DNA of 63,742 bases, filler included, from Craspedostauros australis (lineage: Eukaryota): assembly GCA_030167865.1 (NCBI GenBank). It is 9 parts of 9 records of this genome, joined end to end, with 100 filler letters (N's around TTAATTAATTAA, not from the genome) between each part and the next. Parts side by side here need not be neighbours in the genome. Positions count along the whole stretch, not along the records: positions 1 to 17,805 come from JALAGF010005318.1; 8 more parts are not named here. The stretch is one strand, 5' to 3'. Below are positions 1-12,520 of the stretch, piece after piece (position 1 is the first letter of the stretch; each line of letters starts with the position of its first letter). The notes below the pieces were generated by a model, which saw only the letters and a list, made by a program, of their open reading frames with translations, ran no database searches and was not told the origin of the DNA. The translations under genes and the position numbers were made by a program.

Positions 1-2668
1 GTCACATCAATATGTTGAATCTGCGACGTGCCAGATCACATCAACACAGGGTCACTGATTGTTGATTGACAGGAAGAGCCTTGATGGATGGCTTCAAGAC
101 AGCGGCAAGTTGGGTGAAGGACTCCCTAGTCATACCAACGAAGTTGTAGAACTCCATAGCATCACCATGTTTGAGAATGCTTGCCAGAAGGTACTAGTGT
201 CACAAGAGAAATTCCAAGCTCTAGTAGTGGCCTCTGTGCAAAGCAGTAGGCAAGCCGCTGTGGAGGTAGTCAGCGACAGCAAACATGAGAAGATGCTGCT
301 GTGCCATAATTAACTCATCTATTTTGATATCACAATGGTTATAACTGTTAAATCATGCACCGACGGTGCTTTGATTCCACCTCGTTTATTCAACGTGATA
401 GCATGCTGCAGGAACGGAGTGAAGCCAAGTGATGGCTAGTGTGTGCAAGGTGATATTGTGAGACTGTTGGCTGCCGTTGCAGACAGGTGGTTCGATCACG
501 AGCTGGGGTCAGCGTCCTTTCGCCGATGCAACTGGAGCATCCAATTGACGAGCACTTTCGGATCTTGGGGGGGGGGGCAGCGTCTCCGAGGCCTGATCTC
601 ATAGCTTGGGTCCAGTCAGACAGTGCCGCCATTTGATGCGAAGGGGGAGGCCGCTCCCAAAGGGTTCGGAGCACCGCTGGGACGTCCGCAGGCGGTAGTG
701 CTTGGGGCTGTAGGGTCTGTTCCTGGAGGAGCACAATCATGTCATCAGCCATCTGCTCTGCCTTTGCTGAGTTGCGATCTTGCCATTGCTCCAGGGCTGT
801 GTGCCAGAGTAGATTGGTAACACTGGCCTGCCAGTCACATAGAAGGCAGAGTGCTCATCGGTGCGCTTGCTGGCCCATGGGAGGCGCATGCTCACGCCAA
901 AGGGAGGCCCATCTGCCCCATACTATGGCCGTCCATCCTACTGCTGCCTGCTGTAGCTGAATATGTTTGGTGGGCGAATCACGGATGCCGGAAGGGGGGA
1001 TGCCACCTGTGGAAACGCGGACGAGCGCTGTGCACAGAAGCTGGGCAACTGGAGAAGGAGTGGTGGGCGGTCGCACATGTCATGAGTTGCTCAGCAATGA
1101 TGATGAGGATGGTAGAGGTGGCTACCTCGTGGCGGCGTTGGAGGAAAGAGGAACAATCCATTATGATAAAGCAGATGACACTACTATAAAAGGAAACGCT
1201 AATCATACTACAATTCTTGGAACAAGCTATATGACAGAAGGGCAAAGCGTGCATGAAAGGAGATGGACAAATGACACATGTCAATGGTATAAACAAGGGA
1301 GGAAGTAGAGGGTAGCACGACGATACATGCACAACAGAGGTTATGAAAACTGATGCCAACGCATGCGAGGGAGGAAATCACAAAAANNNNNNNNNNNNNN
1401 NNNNNNNNNNNNNNNNNNNNNNNNNNNNNNNNNNNNNNNNNNNNNNNNNNNNNNNNNNNNNNNNNNNNNNNNNTCTTTTTGGGGCGTTCATAACTCAACT
1501 CCAGGATTTCATAATTTTTTCGATTGACGTTATACGCTCGTTTCGGTCCTGGTCACCCCCTGTTCGGAAGGTATCTTGTGTTCATAATGGAGTGATCTGA
1601 TTGGCNNNNNNNNNNNNNNNNNNNNNNNNNNNNNNNNNNNNNNNNNNNNNNNNNNAAGTAGAGGGTAGCACGACGATACATGCACAACAGAGGTTATGAA
1701 AACTGATGCCAACGCATGCGAGGGAGGAAATCACAAAAACTCCCAAATTGCCGTTGGAGGAGCGATTTGAGAGGAAGACGCGAGATGAGATCTCGACGAA
1801 AAGTGGGAGTTGAGTTATGAACGCTCTTTTTGGGGCGTTCATAACTCAACTCCAGGATTTCATAATTTTTTCGATTGACGTTATANNNNNNNNNNNNNNN
1901 NNNNNNNNNNNNNNNNNNAAGGTATCTTGTGTTCATAATGGAGTGATCTGATTGGCTTAGAAGCCGATATTATGAAATTATGAGCCACGCAAACACCTCC
2001 AATGACCTCTGTCCGTCTTGTGGCGAAACGAAGACCCCCGTATCCATTTGGTGCGTGTGTGTCTCGTAAACAGGACAGACAGCGATCTTGTTTGTTGTCA
2101 GATTTGGTCTTGGGTGCTCGGGCCGGCGAGGATGTGGTGGTCTTGTCCCAAGCACAGGGGGCACGGGCAAGTGCAAAGCGAGCATAAGTGCCACCATGGC
2201 CACGACGAAGAGATCGATGGCGATGATACGGATGTCATGGGCGCAAGGGCACGAGTACGACCAAGAGTAGCATACAAGTGGTCGTACACGCAGAGCAGAC
2301 AGCCATTGCGGATAGACAAGGCGGTGTCCAATCCCGGTGAATGCGACAGGAGTGTCCAACGGTTGACTCTCTTGGGCCGTTTGTGCCGAGGGAGATGATG
2401 TGAGACGAGGAAGGGAATCACAACAGTATCAAACACGGTATCAGACCACACAAGATCTAATCGACAGCAAGAACGGAACGCACAGGACCAAACGCAAAAG
2501 CAGAGGACAGAACGGGATAGTTTGATGCCCGCGTCGCTGCAGCAAGATACTTGCACCACCAACATCAACAAGGAGGAAGCAAAGTGACAGCCGCGCGAGA
2601 GCAACGATACCGCAGCACTTGGTCGCTCTGAACCCCATCCTTGTTGGGTAGCTGAGACGATTGACACC

Positions 2669-5081
2669 ATGCGATCATCGCATCGAGACGTTGCAGGCCG
2701 CGATCAACACACGGAGAGCGGCGGCAAGCGACGCGACGCTGGTCGATCGCTGGGAGGACGCGAGACGCGGCGCATCTTCAGGTGCCGTCTCTTCTTTGCT
2801 TTCCTATTCGTGGCATTGACGATCGGCACGGCGTCCACGGTGTTTCGCGTGACCAAGTCGGACGATGAAGATGACTTCCAACAACGGGTACGTATGTCGA
2901 AGTTGTGTGTCATTCCTTCCCCTTTGAACAATGCACGCCCACCATCCCACCAGGCTCCTCACTCGAATTCATTGTCCGTTGGTCATCGCTACTTACTGAA
3001 TGTTGTCGCGCACATTTGGACCTGAAAACTCGTACTCTGCCAACAAACAGTTCGAAGACATTGCCGACCAAGTGCTAATGACGTCGCAGATCAAAGCCAA
3101 GATGATCTTCCGATCAGTTGAAAGCTTGAGCCGGCGGATCAGCATCTACGCCAAGGCAAATGGGCAGGAGTGGCCGATGGTCATCGTTCCCAAGTTCGAA
3201 GCCGTGTTTGATCAACTGCGCCGGCAGACGGGGGCGACGGCCGTATCGATGGCTGTCACTGTGACGGAGCAATCCAAGGCGGCCTACGAGAACTTCCAGA
3301 TGCTCAACGGTCAGAAGTGGATCGCTGACACATACGAGTACCTTGGAATGGACGCGACTGGTAGTCCATTCATTCCACTGATCTACGCGCTTGATTTTAC
3401 CACGGGCAGCATCAGCTTCCAGCAGGGTCAGGGAGTGTACGCCCCCTTGGCGCAAACAGCTCCGCTGGCAGGATCGACGGGGTTCGTCAACTACGATCTG
3501 CTCTCCAACCCGCTCATCAAACTCGGCTACGACGTTGTCCATCTCTTCAACTCTTCCGTCCTGTCGCAGTTCATAAATCTCGGAAACGCAACCGACGATC
3601 CGGAGCAGTGGCCGCAGAGTTCGTTGATTGCCCCCATCTTCAAAGACGTGCCGAACAGCGCGAAGAACGTGGACGACAAAGCGGACAGCGTCAACATCGT
3701 GGCGCTCCTCATGCCCAACCTCCCGTGGCACATGCATTTTACGGATACCTTGCCGGTTGGCATCGACGCGGTGGATCTGGTGATTGAAAACACCTGCAAT
3801 CAGTCCTGCACCTTCCAGATCGAAGGTCCCGAAGTTTCTTACATTGGGCCTGGCGATCATCACGATCGTACATTCAGCCACCTCGTGCGATGGGCACCAT
3901 TTGCTCCATTCCAAAATCGCACGCAATGCAAGTACACATTCCACGTCTACCCAACCCAAGACTTCAAGGACGCGTACATGACCAACCACCCACGCGACAG
4001 CGTCATCGTTGTGGTGGCAGTCTTCGTCACTGCCGCCGTGTTCTTCGTCGTCTACGACAACCTGGTGGCGAGACGGCAACACAAGGTGCTGGACTCCGCT
4101 GCGAGATCCGGTGCCATCGTCAGCTCCCTGTTCCCGGACACTGTGCTGGATCGTGTCTTGAGCAGCGCAGAAGAAGTCGAGAACGAAAAGACCGTCAGCA
4201 ATCATGGCAACGCCCGCAAGTCGACCACAGGCTGGCGGCGCAAGTCGATGGACAAGGGTCCTCGTGCCGAAGAAACGCTGGATAAAACGCCGCAGAAGCA
4301 AACGCACCAGTCGTCAAACGATATCGAAGACACTGCTGGTCCGGAGACAGCGCCTACAGGAGCAGCAGCGCCAGCAACAAAGAGCACATCCCATGCGCAC
4401 ATATCCCAATCATCTCGGCTTGGCCACTCCCTGACGTCCCTTGCGAATGTCGGGCCATATATGATCGAGTCCAAATCAAGGCCCATTGCGGACTCATTCG
4501 AAAACGTCACCATCCTGTTCGCGAACATCTCAGGATTCAAGAAATGGTCCAGCACGCGAAGTCCGACGGACGTCTTCACCCTGTTGGAGACGTTGTACAC
4601 AGAATTCGACAAGCTCGCGGATGAAGTTGGGATTTTCAAGGTGGAGACCATCGGGGAATGCTACGTGGCGGCGTGCGGTTTGCCCGAGGAGCGCGATGAT
4701 CACGCCGTGTTGCTCTACCGGTTCTGCCGGCTGTGCGTACGACGTTCGCGCGGGCTGCTACTGGATCTGTCAACGCAGCTGGGGGGCAACACGCGGATAC
4801 TACGATTGCGATGCGGCATGCATTCCGGGTCGATCACCGCGGGCGTGCTGCGCGGAGCCAAGTCCAGGTTTCAGCTGTTCGGTGACACCATGAACACGGC
4901 GGCGCGGATGGAATCGTCAGGACTGCCGGGGAGGATACACCTGTCGGAGGCCACGGCGGATGAATTGATCCGCAAAGGGAAGGGAAAATGGCTTACGCCT
5001 CGAGAAGATGAGGTGGTGGCGAAGGGCAAGGGCAGGATGAAGACGTTCTGGGGGAGCGATGACATATCCTGCGAACTCTGA
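2669..5081 (+). CDS. Receptor-type class III adenylate/guanylate cyclase-like protein (TM - extracellular domain - TM - cyclase), 2 exons: 2669-2887 and 3051-5081, ~749 aa
   Basis: Cyclase motifs VTILFANISGF, FKVETIGECYVA, GMHSG, RFQLFGDTMNTAARMES, KGKG. Hydrophobic segments LFFAFLFVALTIGTASTVF and VIVVVAVFVTAAVFFVVY. A phase-0 intron GTACGT(2888)...AAACAG(3050) joins ORF 2669 to ORF 3000 in frame. Confidence 0.88.
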
Positions 5082-5328
5082 GCATAGCTTTAGTAATTTG
5101 GAAGTGCTAGCTACGAGGCGCGTAGCACCGCTGTACCCAAAGCAGAAAGATCTTGTGTGCATGGATGCATGCATGCATACTACTACTAGTGGAATATGGT
5201 GGCCCTATCATCATTGTGCTCAACCAACGAGTAGAGAGTTCATTCATTGTATCCACTCTAGATTATGCCAATACGGCTGTGCCATGCGGATAGACACAGG
5301 TACCGCATCATGTAGATCACACTCTCCG

Positions 5329-7113
5329 TCACATAGGGTCGACATGCGTGCCTTGCTTGGATGCGCTTGGTGGATCGTCAATGACGAAAGTCCCAAAAAG
5401 TGCCTGCTGTCCTTCCGAGCTTTGAAACATGAGAGTATGATCGTGCGGGACGCCCTTGACGACCAACCGATGATGAACCTGGCCGCCGTAAAGTTCCTTG
5501 AGCGATTCGAAGAAGTGCAGGCTGCGTGATCGGCGGTTGGGTCCCTCGTCGAGGGTCTGACATTTATCCCCGCTGCTGGGAACCACATCGAACTCGCCAG
5601 CGAGGTAGACGATGTCGCGGTTCGGATACCTCCGTACGATTGCGTCAACTCCACCGGCCTGCTGAATGGATCGGTCCTTGTACGGTGTGACGAGTGCGTC
5701 GCCGGAACCCAGCCCCCATTCCCATTGATTGTACCACGGGCAGTCTGTGGCGTTCGCCGGGATGCCGAAGGATCCATCGGGCAGGATGCGTCTCGCATCC
5801 AGGAAGCACAAACTTCGTGGATTGGCAACAACGACGCGAATCGTTGGCATGTCGGTTCGCGGTCGTTGCAAATGTCGCAGCTGCGAAGTGCGTTGCGCCT
5901 GCAAGTTTGGAAGGCCGTGAAGATGGTGGGTTTTTGATGAAGCATGATCAGCACCGTCATCAAAGACGCGGCTGTTGGTTAGAAGCGCCCACCGCTGCGT
6001 GTACTGACCTCCCGCGGAATGCCCCGCAACGACGATCCGTCTCAAACTGGGGAACTGCTGTGCCTGGCGCTGTAGAATATGCTCAATCATATTATCCAAC
6101 ACTTCGTAGGAGCTCACTTCTGACGTTGAGACTGGGACGGATCCAGTATCGTATGAATCGTGCGCCGACGTATGGAGGGTGTTGCTGGCAATGTTGATGG
6201 AATCCGCACCGTACTTTCAAGTATGGTTGATCGGACCGGGCTCGGACCATCGGATTGCGATGTCGCTGCTGTTGTAGTTGACGTCTTGGGGATGGTTCTG
6301 ATGCTGCGATGCAAGGTCCTGGTTGTGCGGATTCGCGCTGGCGGACTCCCACGACATGATGGGATCCAGCTGCGTCAGGAACCACGGCGCGATCACCATG
6401 ATCTTCGAGCCTTCATCGTCGTTGGGATCGCGATGGATCGATGCAGCGGCCGAGCACAGGTAATCCTCCACGTTGCGACGTGAACCGTGCACCATGATCA
6501 GGATGGTGTCGGCGGCTGCCTGTTCCTCGCGGTTGCGATCGCTGATGGGAAAGAGGTCTTCCGTGAGCGGCCCCATCGTTGACATGTACGTGAAGCGGAA
6601 GGTTGTGGAAGGAGAAGAGCCGCTGAATTCGGCTGCTGCTGATGATGTTGAGTATGATTCCGCTGACGTCGCAGCCACCGTTCGAATTGGAAGTCCGTAA
6701 ACGTGCTTCAGCGAGTCTTCGTTGCCGGCGAAAGAGCAGAGGTTGTACCGCGGCAGGATGCCCGGGTCGGTCGGAGTGGTGGTGTTGACCTTGAGACAGA
6801 ACGAATCGCTGCCATCGTAGATGCATTCGTAGCCCTTTCGGCAACCCGTGTTTGGCGATTCGTCTTCGCAGCACACTCCTGGATTGTACTTGCCTGCTGG
6901 GATGCAGACGGAAGATGACGGCGATGCTGCGGAGGTGGCCGCATCCATCCACGACGAAGACGAAGGTGAAGCACCGTGGTTGCTGGCTTGCGGCACGCAG
7001 CATGTGTTGTTGTTCGGGCAGATCCCGTGGCTGTCAGCACACTGCTGCCAAGCGAGTGTGGTTGGGTTCAGACCCAGCAACGCAAGTACTGACGCAATCG
7101 ATCTCATTGTCAT
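5329..7113 (-). pseudogene. Secreted alpha/beta hydrolase with Cys-rich (granulin-like) N-terminus, interrupted by one in-frame TGA at 6217-6219
   Basis: ORFs 6217..7113 and 5329..6117 share a frame, and the sequence between them is open (INHT*KYGADS...). Signal peptide MRSIASVLALLGLNPTTLA, CPxxxTCC/VCC/GYEC Cys cluster, oxyanion motif MVHGS, nucleophile elbow GHSAGGQ, then GEFD and PHDH. Confidence 0.72.
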
Positions 7114-9891
7114 TCTCGGTTGCGGGTGGGTGCACGTGAATTAGAGTAGATTTGATTAGAGTAGAGCAGGGCGGAGTTGATGAGTTATACTCTCCAGAGG
7201 GCAACTGATGTTGGTGCTTTGTGGCACAAGTGCAAGCCATCAACATGTTCCTGTTCTGTGACGGATCTTCGCGGAAATGGTCCCTGATTCCGTATCTTTG
7301 GATGATGCGAGAGAAGAGTTTAGTTGTGTGATTTTATATATTCAACGCAACTTTCACAAATCCGTGTTCTCGACACGAAGAACACATTGAGTCACGTTGC
7401 TCATTCGTTCAGGGACTGAGAGGTGGTTTATTCCCCAACAGCACGTTTCGCGCGCAACCAGTCACGGATGACAGGTCGCAGGCTGTGAATGCGTTGTGCG
7501 GACTTTGTCAAATCGGCAAAGATGGCGCGTTGGTGGGAAACATCGAGAATGGTGCTGATGACAAGCTCAACACAAGTTCGGCACAAAAAGGGATGAGGAC
7601 GACCACTTATTATTCTACTCAATCGCTGTGATACGCGTATGTGCAACATCAAACCCCGAAGGAAATGCAATCAGGACGATCTCGTGATGAGGTGGTGGCA
7701 CGAAGTTGGCGATGAGTGTGAAATTGCGTTGTTCGGTGCGAGAAAGTCTGAGTTTTCTTCTTCTTTGACATGGAGAAGTTTGGTGTGCGCAAACACGCGG
7801 GAAGAGCAGAGAGAGCAGAGCTTGAGCTTCGGAGAACGCGTACTTCGTGTGCAGAGCGAGCTTTCCGCACACAAATCCAACAAGACAGGACGCGTGCAAT
7901 TGCGAATTTGTCTCCGCGTTCGTCTCGCCCTGTTGCGAAATTCCCAGGAAGCGCACGTCGCAACAGAATCAGCCTTGCGCGCACCAGCGCAAAACAACGA
8001 TTTTGGTTTGTGCTCATCTCGCGTTCCTCCCTCCGACCTCAACTCGCGCCACATTTTCAATGATTTGTTGTTGGTGTCAGCTGGAGTGCAGCACGTAGAA
8101 CCAGGTGGAATCTGTACTGCGAGGAGGAAGGCGTTGGCATCCATTCTGGTCAGTTACGCCCGTGTCGCTCTTGCGCACTGGCGAGTGACTCACTTAGCAC
8201 ATGAAGTGGCGGGAGTTTATAAACTGTATTCATGTATTAATTGAATAATACAGGCCAAAGAAATCGACTTTTTGCAGGCTCAACGGCTGTTGCAACCATC
8301 CTTTCAAATGGTACTGATCCTGCGTGACAATTTACGTAGAATAAATGCAAACAAACAAACAAGCGCACGCACGGGCGAGTTCCCAAATGTGTGTGGATTT
8401 GTGCGCCACACGCAGATGTGATTGTGTTCGTACATGTCCTACTGTATTCTACGTAAGGTGCAGCGCCGGCAGCAACGGGAACGCCATGGTGTGCTTGCCT
8501 GCGGCGCTCCGCGCCATGCTGCAGCGCGTCGGGGAGGTGGTACAAATAAGTAAATGGAAAAAGAAGACAGACAGCACGTCGAGAGAGCAGCAAGCACCGC
8601 ACCAGCCGTCGCAGCAGTGCATTGTACACGCCGTCCTCGTTTTGTACCGTGGAGGGCCCGCCGAGCAGAACAGAGCAGTCCCAGTCCCAATCAAGTTGAG
8701 ACACCGGAGAGATTCACCCTTGACGACCCAGCCACCGACAGACTGAGAAGTGTCCGCAGCAACCAACAAAGAGAAGAGCCGAACAGGAACAGGCTAGGAG
8801 CGAGCAAGAAAGCAGAAAGACGCATCGTTCGTTGAGAGAGTGAGCAGGTGTGTGAATGCCCACTCATTCCCTCCACCCCGCAAGCCACCTTCCTGCTTGC
8901 ATCTCCGCAAAGTCTCGACCGCATTGACCAGCAACGGAGTCTCGACGATTGGATCGACGAGATTGACGTTGCCTGAGTCTTTGCAGTAGGAACAGTACCT
9001 CGCGCGTAGCAGCTGGATCAACCGTTGGCCGACCGAGCGTCCAAGGGACGGGATCCATCCGGCGAGCAAGAAGAGAGTGTTACCAATACTCGTAGCACAC
9101 TCGTAGCACACCCGTAGCATACACCAAAGAAGACCCTGGTTGGAAGAGCCAAGTCGACAGAGGAGTGATCATCAGCATCATCATACCCGTGCTCTGCCAG
9201 TGCTCGTACTGAGCGCACGGATCACGACCTCCTCCAATTCAACCCAGTCCAGTCCTTGCCGCCACCTTCGCCACCAAGAAAAAAAGAAGCGGACGACCAA
9301 GAAAAACGCTCAAAAAACGCAGCGCCAACGCCAGTCGCACGCAAGCACACACAACTGCCAGCTGAGGTGATCGACACGCGAGGCGACGCCTGTTGCGGAA
9401 ACAAATCAGATAATACTCCAAACCGAAGCGAATTGGACCGAAGTGAATTGAATTGAACCAATTCACTTGATTTGATTTGGATTCAACCAACAGCAAGTGG
9501 CACTGATAGCGATAGCGATAGCCCATCACACATCCATCACACGCCCATCCACAGCAAGGCAACAAGACAAGACAACAAGAAGAGTCGATTTCAGGCGCGC
9601 CAAACAAGCAGCGCGCCTGAAATGCAACTGCGCCGACTTTCAGATTGCGATACTATCACAAGAGTATTATAGCACTCTGATACGAGGAGAGAGCAAGACG
9701 ACCACCACAGCTGGCAGCACCATAGTCGCAACTGACGCAATTGGGCAGACATCACTCTGTTTTGGAAACAGATGAAGCAAGGGGTCATCGGAGAGCACAG
9801 CCAAAGTACGAGCGCAGCTATAGATACAGCCACTGCTACAGCCACGAGTATTCTCATTGCCACTGTTGGAGCCGTGTGAAACAACCACAAC

Positions 9892-11700
9892 ATGGATCAC
9901 CAGCAGCCAACGCAACAGCCTCAGCCTCCTCCACAGCAACAGCCAACGCAGCACGCTTCTCCGCCAGGCGGTCTTCAGCATGCTGTGCAGCACGTCGTGC
10001 AGCAGTCTCCCACAGGCATCAACAACCAACGCTATGCGCCGCCTCAGCAGGCCATCATGCCAGCCGTGCGCCCTCCCGATGGATCGCAACAGCCGGGAGG
10101 GCCGATTCCCAACGGCGGCGTGCCACCACCCGGAGGCTACTACCCGCCCATGTACCCAGGAGCCGGTGCGCCGCCGGATCCTGTGGCGGGCTACAGAGGA
10201 TACGACCCAGCCTACGGCATGCCGCCGCACGCGATGGGTTATCCGCCTCCGCCCATGTACGCCTACCAACCACACCTCTACGGCGGCTATCCGCCCTACG
10301 GACACGCCCCACCTCATCCGCACCATGCCATGGGAGGCTACGGCTACGCACCAGCACACGCCCCGCCGCCGCAGCAGATGCCGCAGGTCGGACACCAGAT
10401 GTCACCGGCGGACTCGTCGCCGCAACGCTACGACACCAACGCGCCCCAGGCCGCAGACGGGATGCCAGATCCAGGAGGGACCGGTTTGGGTCCCGCACCG
10501 TACCACACTGGCACGACGGCAGACGTCGGCTACATGAAGTACAAGGAGAAGGAGCAGACGCAGCAGGGCGCAAACGTCCTGCCAGCATCTGCCAAAGACG
10601 GCGGCGGCGGCGAGCAGAAGGATGATCCGGACGTGCCCATAATACCGGAGGAGATCGTGCCGGGCGCCATCACGGCACGTTTGAAGACCTACATTAAGCC
10701 GCGCAACCCCATGACGCAGGACAACCGCGACCGCAGGGCCCGCAAGAATGCGCAGTCCAGAGCACGAGCATCGAAGATGCGCGATCGCATCAAGATCATC
10801 GAGACCAAGCCGCCGGAGGAACGCACCGAAGAGGAGCGACAGATATGGCTGCAGTACGAATCGCGCCGCCAGAAGAAGAACGACCGATCGCGCGAGCGGG
10901 CTCTCGAGAGGAAGGAGGAGATCGACCGCATCCTGGCCAAACCGGAATCCAAGCGCTCCAAATTCGAAACGAGATTCCTGGGGACGGCCTTGGGTGCCAA
11001 GAAAAGAAAGAACGCGGGCGATCGCATGCGCCGCCAGCGCATGAAGGAGCTCGGCCTGTCGGCGAAGAACGTGCTGGGCTTGCGACCCGGCATCCCCGCA
11101 CGTGGACCGTTGCCGGCTCAGTTCTCGCATGCGCCGCCGCACCACATGGCTCCGCACGGCATGCCACCGCACCACCCTCATCCCTACAGCCACATCGGCG
11201 AGATCCCGCTGTCCCCCATGCCCACCATGACGCACGCGTACCACCAGCAGCAATCGCCGGGCGCCTACGGTTCGCCGGGCATGATGGTCGGCTTCCCCAG
11301 CCCACAGAATCGGTCCAGATCGGCAGCGGCACCGGGAGTCATGGAGACCCCGGTCGGAGCACGCGCCGACGCAGGGCACATGGTCGGCATGAACGGCGGC
11401 GGCGGTCAGCTCCCCTTCATCCCACCACCCGGTGCCTACGACCCGACCTCGCCACGGGGTCATCCCAACCGTGTGGAACAACGACGCAACCCCGACGGAT
11501 CCATGAGCATCTCCATCGGCGGTCCCAACGGTGGCCCGCCGCCGACGGGTGCGGAACCTGCCCCCTACGGAGGCGAGGCGGGTATCAATGACGTCTCCGG
11601 TCTCTATTACGGGGAGAATGGCGACATGTCCGACGCCCAACGTCAGCAGGGACAGGTGCAGCAGCACGATGAGCACATGAATGGCAAGGTGGATGGTTAG
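9892..11700 (+). CDS. 602-aa protein with P/Q/G/Y-rich low-complexity termini and a central basic helical region, possible nucleic-acid-binding regulator
   Basis: Long GC3-rich ORF with ATG after an ACAAC-rich leader. Three basic motifs: RRARKNAQSRAR, RRQKKNDRSRER, KKRKNAGDRMRR. Confidence 0.8.
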   Translation: MDHQQPTQQPQPPPQQQPTQHASPPGGLQHAVQHVVQQSPTGINNQRYAPPQQAIMPAVRPPDGSQQPGGPIPNGGVPPPGGYYPPMYPGAGAPPDPVAGYRGYDPAYGMPPHAMGYPPPPMYAYQPHLYGGYPPYGHAPPHPHHAMGGYGYAPAHAPPPQQMPQVGHQMSPADSSPQRYDTNAPQAADGMPDPGGTGLGPAPYHTGTTADVGYMKYKEKEQTQQGANVLPASAKDGGGGEQKDDPDVPIIPEEIVPGAITARLKTYIKPRNPMTQDNRDRRARKNAQSRARASKMRDRIKIIETKPPEERTEEERQIWLQYESRRQKKNDRSRERALERKEEIDRILAKPESKRSKFETRFLGTALGAKKRKNAGDRMRRQRMKELGLSAKNVLGLRPGIPARGPLPAQFSHAPPHHMAPHGMPPHHPHPYSHIGEIPLSPMPTMTHAYHQQQSPGAYGSPGMMVGFPSPQNRSRSAAAPGVMETPVGARADAGHMVGMNGGGGQLPFIPPPGAYDPTSPRGHPNRVEQRRNPDGSMSISIGGPNGGPPPTGAEPAPYGGEAGINDVSGLYYGENGDMSDAQRQQGQVQQHDEHMNGKVDG

Positions 11701-12520
11701 ATGAAATTCTGATCATGCATCCACGGCTGTATCAGCGATTCGTGCGCACAATGCTTGTCATTTGGCATTCGCACGGTATGAAACGCGACAGTGCGACTGG
11801 AACTTTGAACTTCCAGTCCTCTGCGCAAAAATTGGATGCTTCACCACAGTGAGTGGCGAACGCATCGGCCAAATACTGATGCTCCCCAAAAATATAGCGA
11901 GAATGTGGAGTGGAGTGGAGCGGCCCGATGTCACTCATTTCATCGGACCTTAGCGCTACAGAACAAGAGGGAACCCGCCTTTCGCGTGGCGATGGTCGCT
12001 CCGCGATGTATCAATGGAAATGGAAACTGCAAGTAACAAGAAGATTTGTGTACAAGTATCATACACACGTGGGTACGATAGCAGAGTACTTAGTTGAGCA
12101 CTCTGATCTATCACATGTGTGTGGTACGCGTTGCTCTGTCCCTCTCTGGAGGGAGGGAGAGAAATGCTGTATTGTGTAGGTGTCGCGATCTTGGCGCAAC
12201 ATCGATGCAGACCCTGAAGTCTACTTTCGATCATGTAGAGGCAGAATGCCAATAATTTTGCGACAACTGACAGACGTCGACACGTGGAATAGTGATTCTG
12301 TGCTCACTTTTTTGGCACGCAGATCCACTCCAGCACATCCAGCGGGTCTCTTCTCACTGCGTTTGCATCATCTGACTTCATGACAACACAAATCGATTGG
12401 AGGACACAGACAGAAGCAGACGTGATACAGGAAAGGGCAACGCACAGCAACCAATAGCATCCAATACTTGTATACGAGCAGCACAGGAGATACCATAGAG
12501 GACTACACTCTAGCAATACA

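Noticed and set aside
1305..1955. Direct repeats 1305-1385/1657-1738 and 1474-1605/1824-1955 as LTRs or a CRISPR-like array
   Set aside because: The copies abut N gaps and are identical, typical of unmerged contig overlaps.
6217..6219. Alternative genetic code (TGA=Trp) or selenoprotein
   Set aside because: The cyclase, transposase, synthetase and other genes end in TGA and use TGG for Trp. The context does not look like a Cys/Sec redox site.
7400..9800. Many 60-200 aa ORFs between the hydrolase and the 9892 gene
   Set aside because: No motifs or consistent coding bias were recognised. Treated as intergenic/UTR, though a small spliced gene cannot be excluded.
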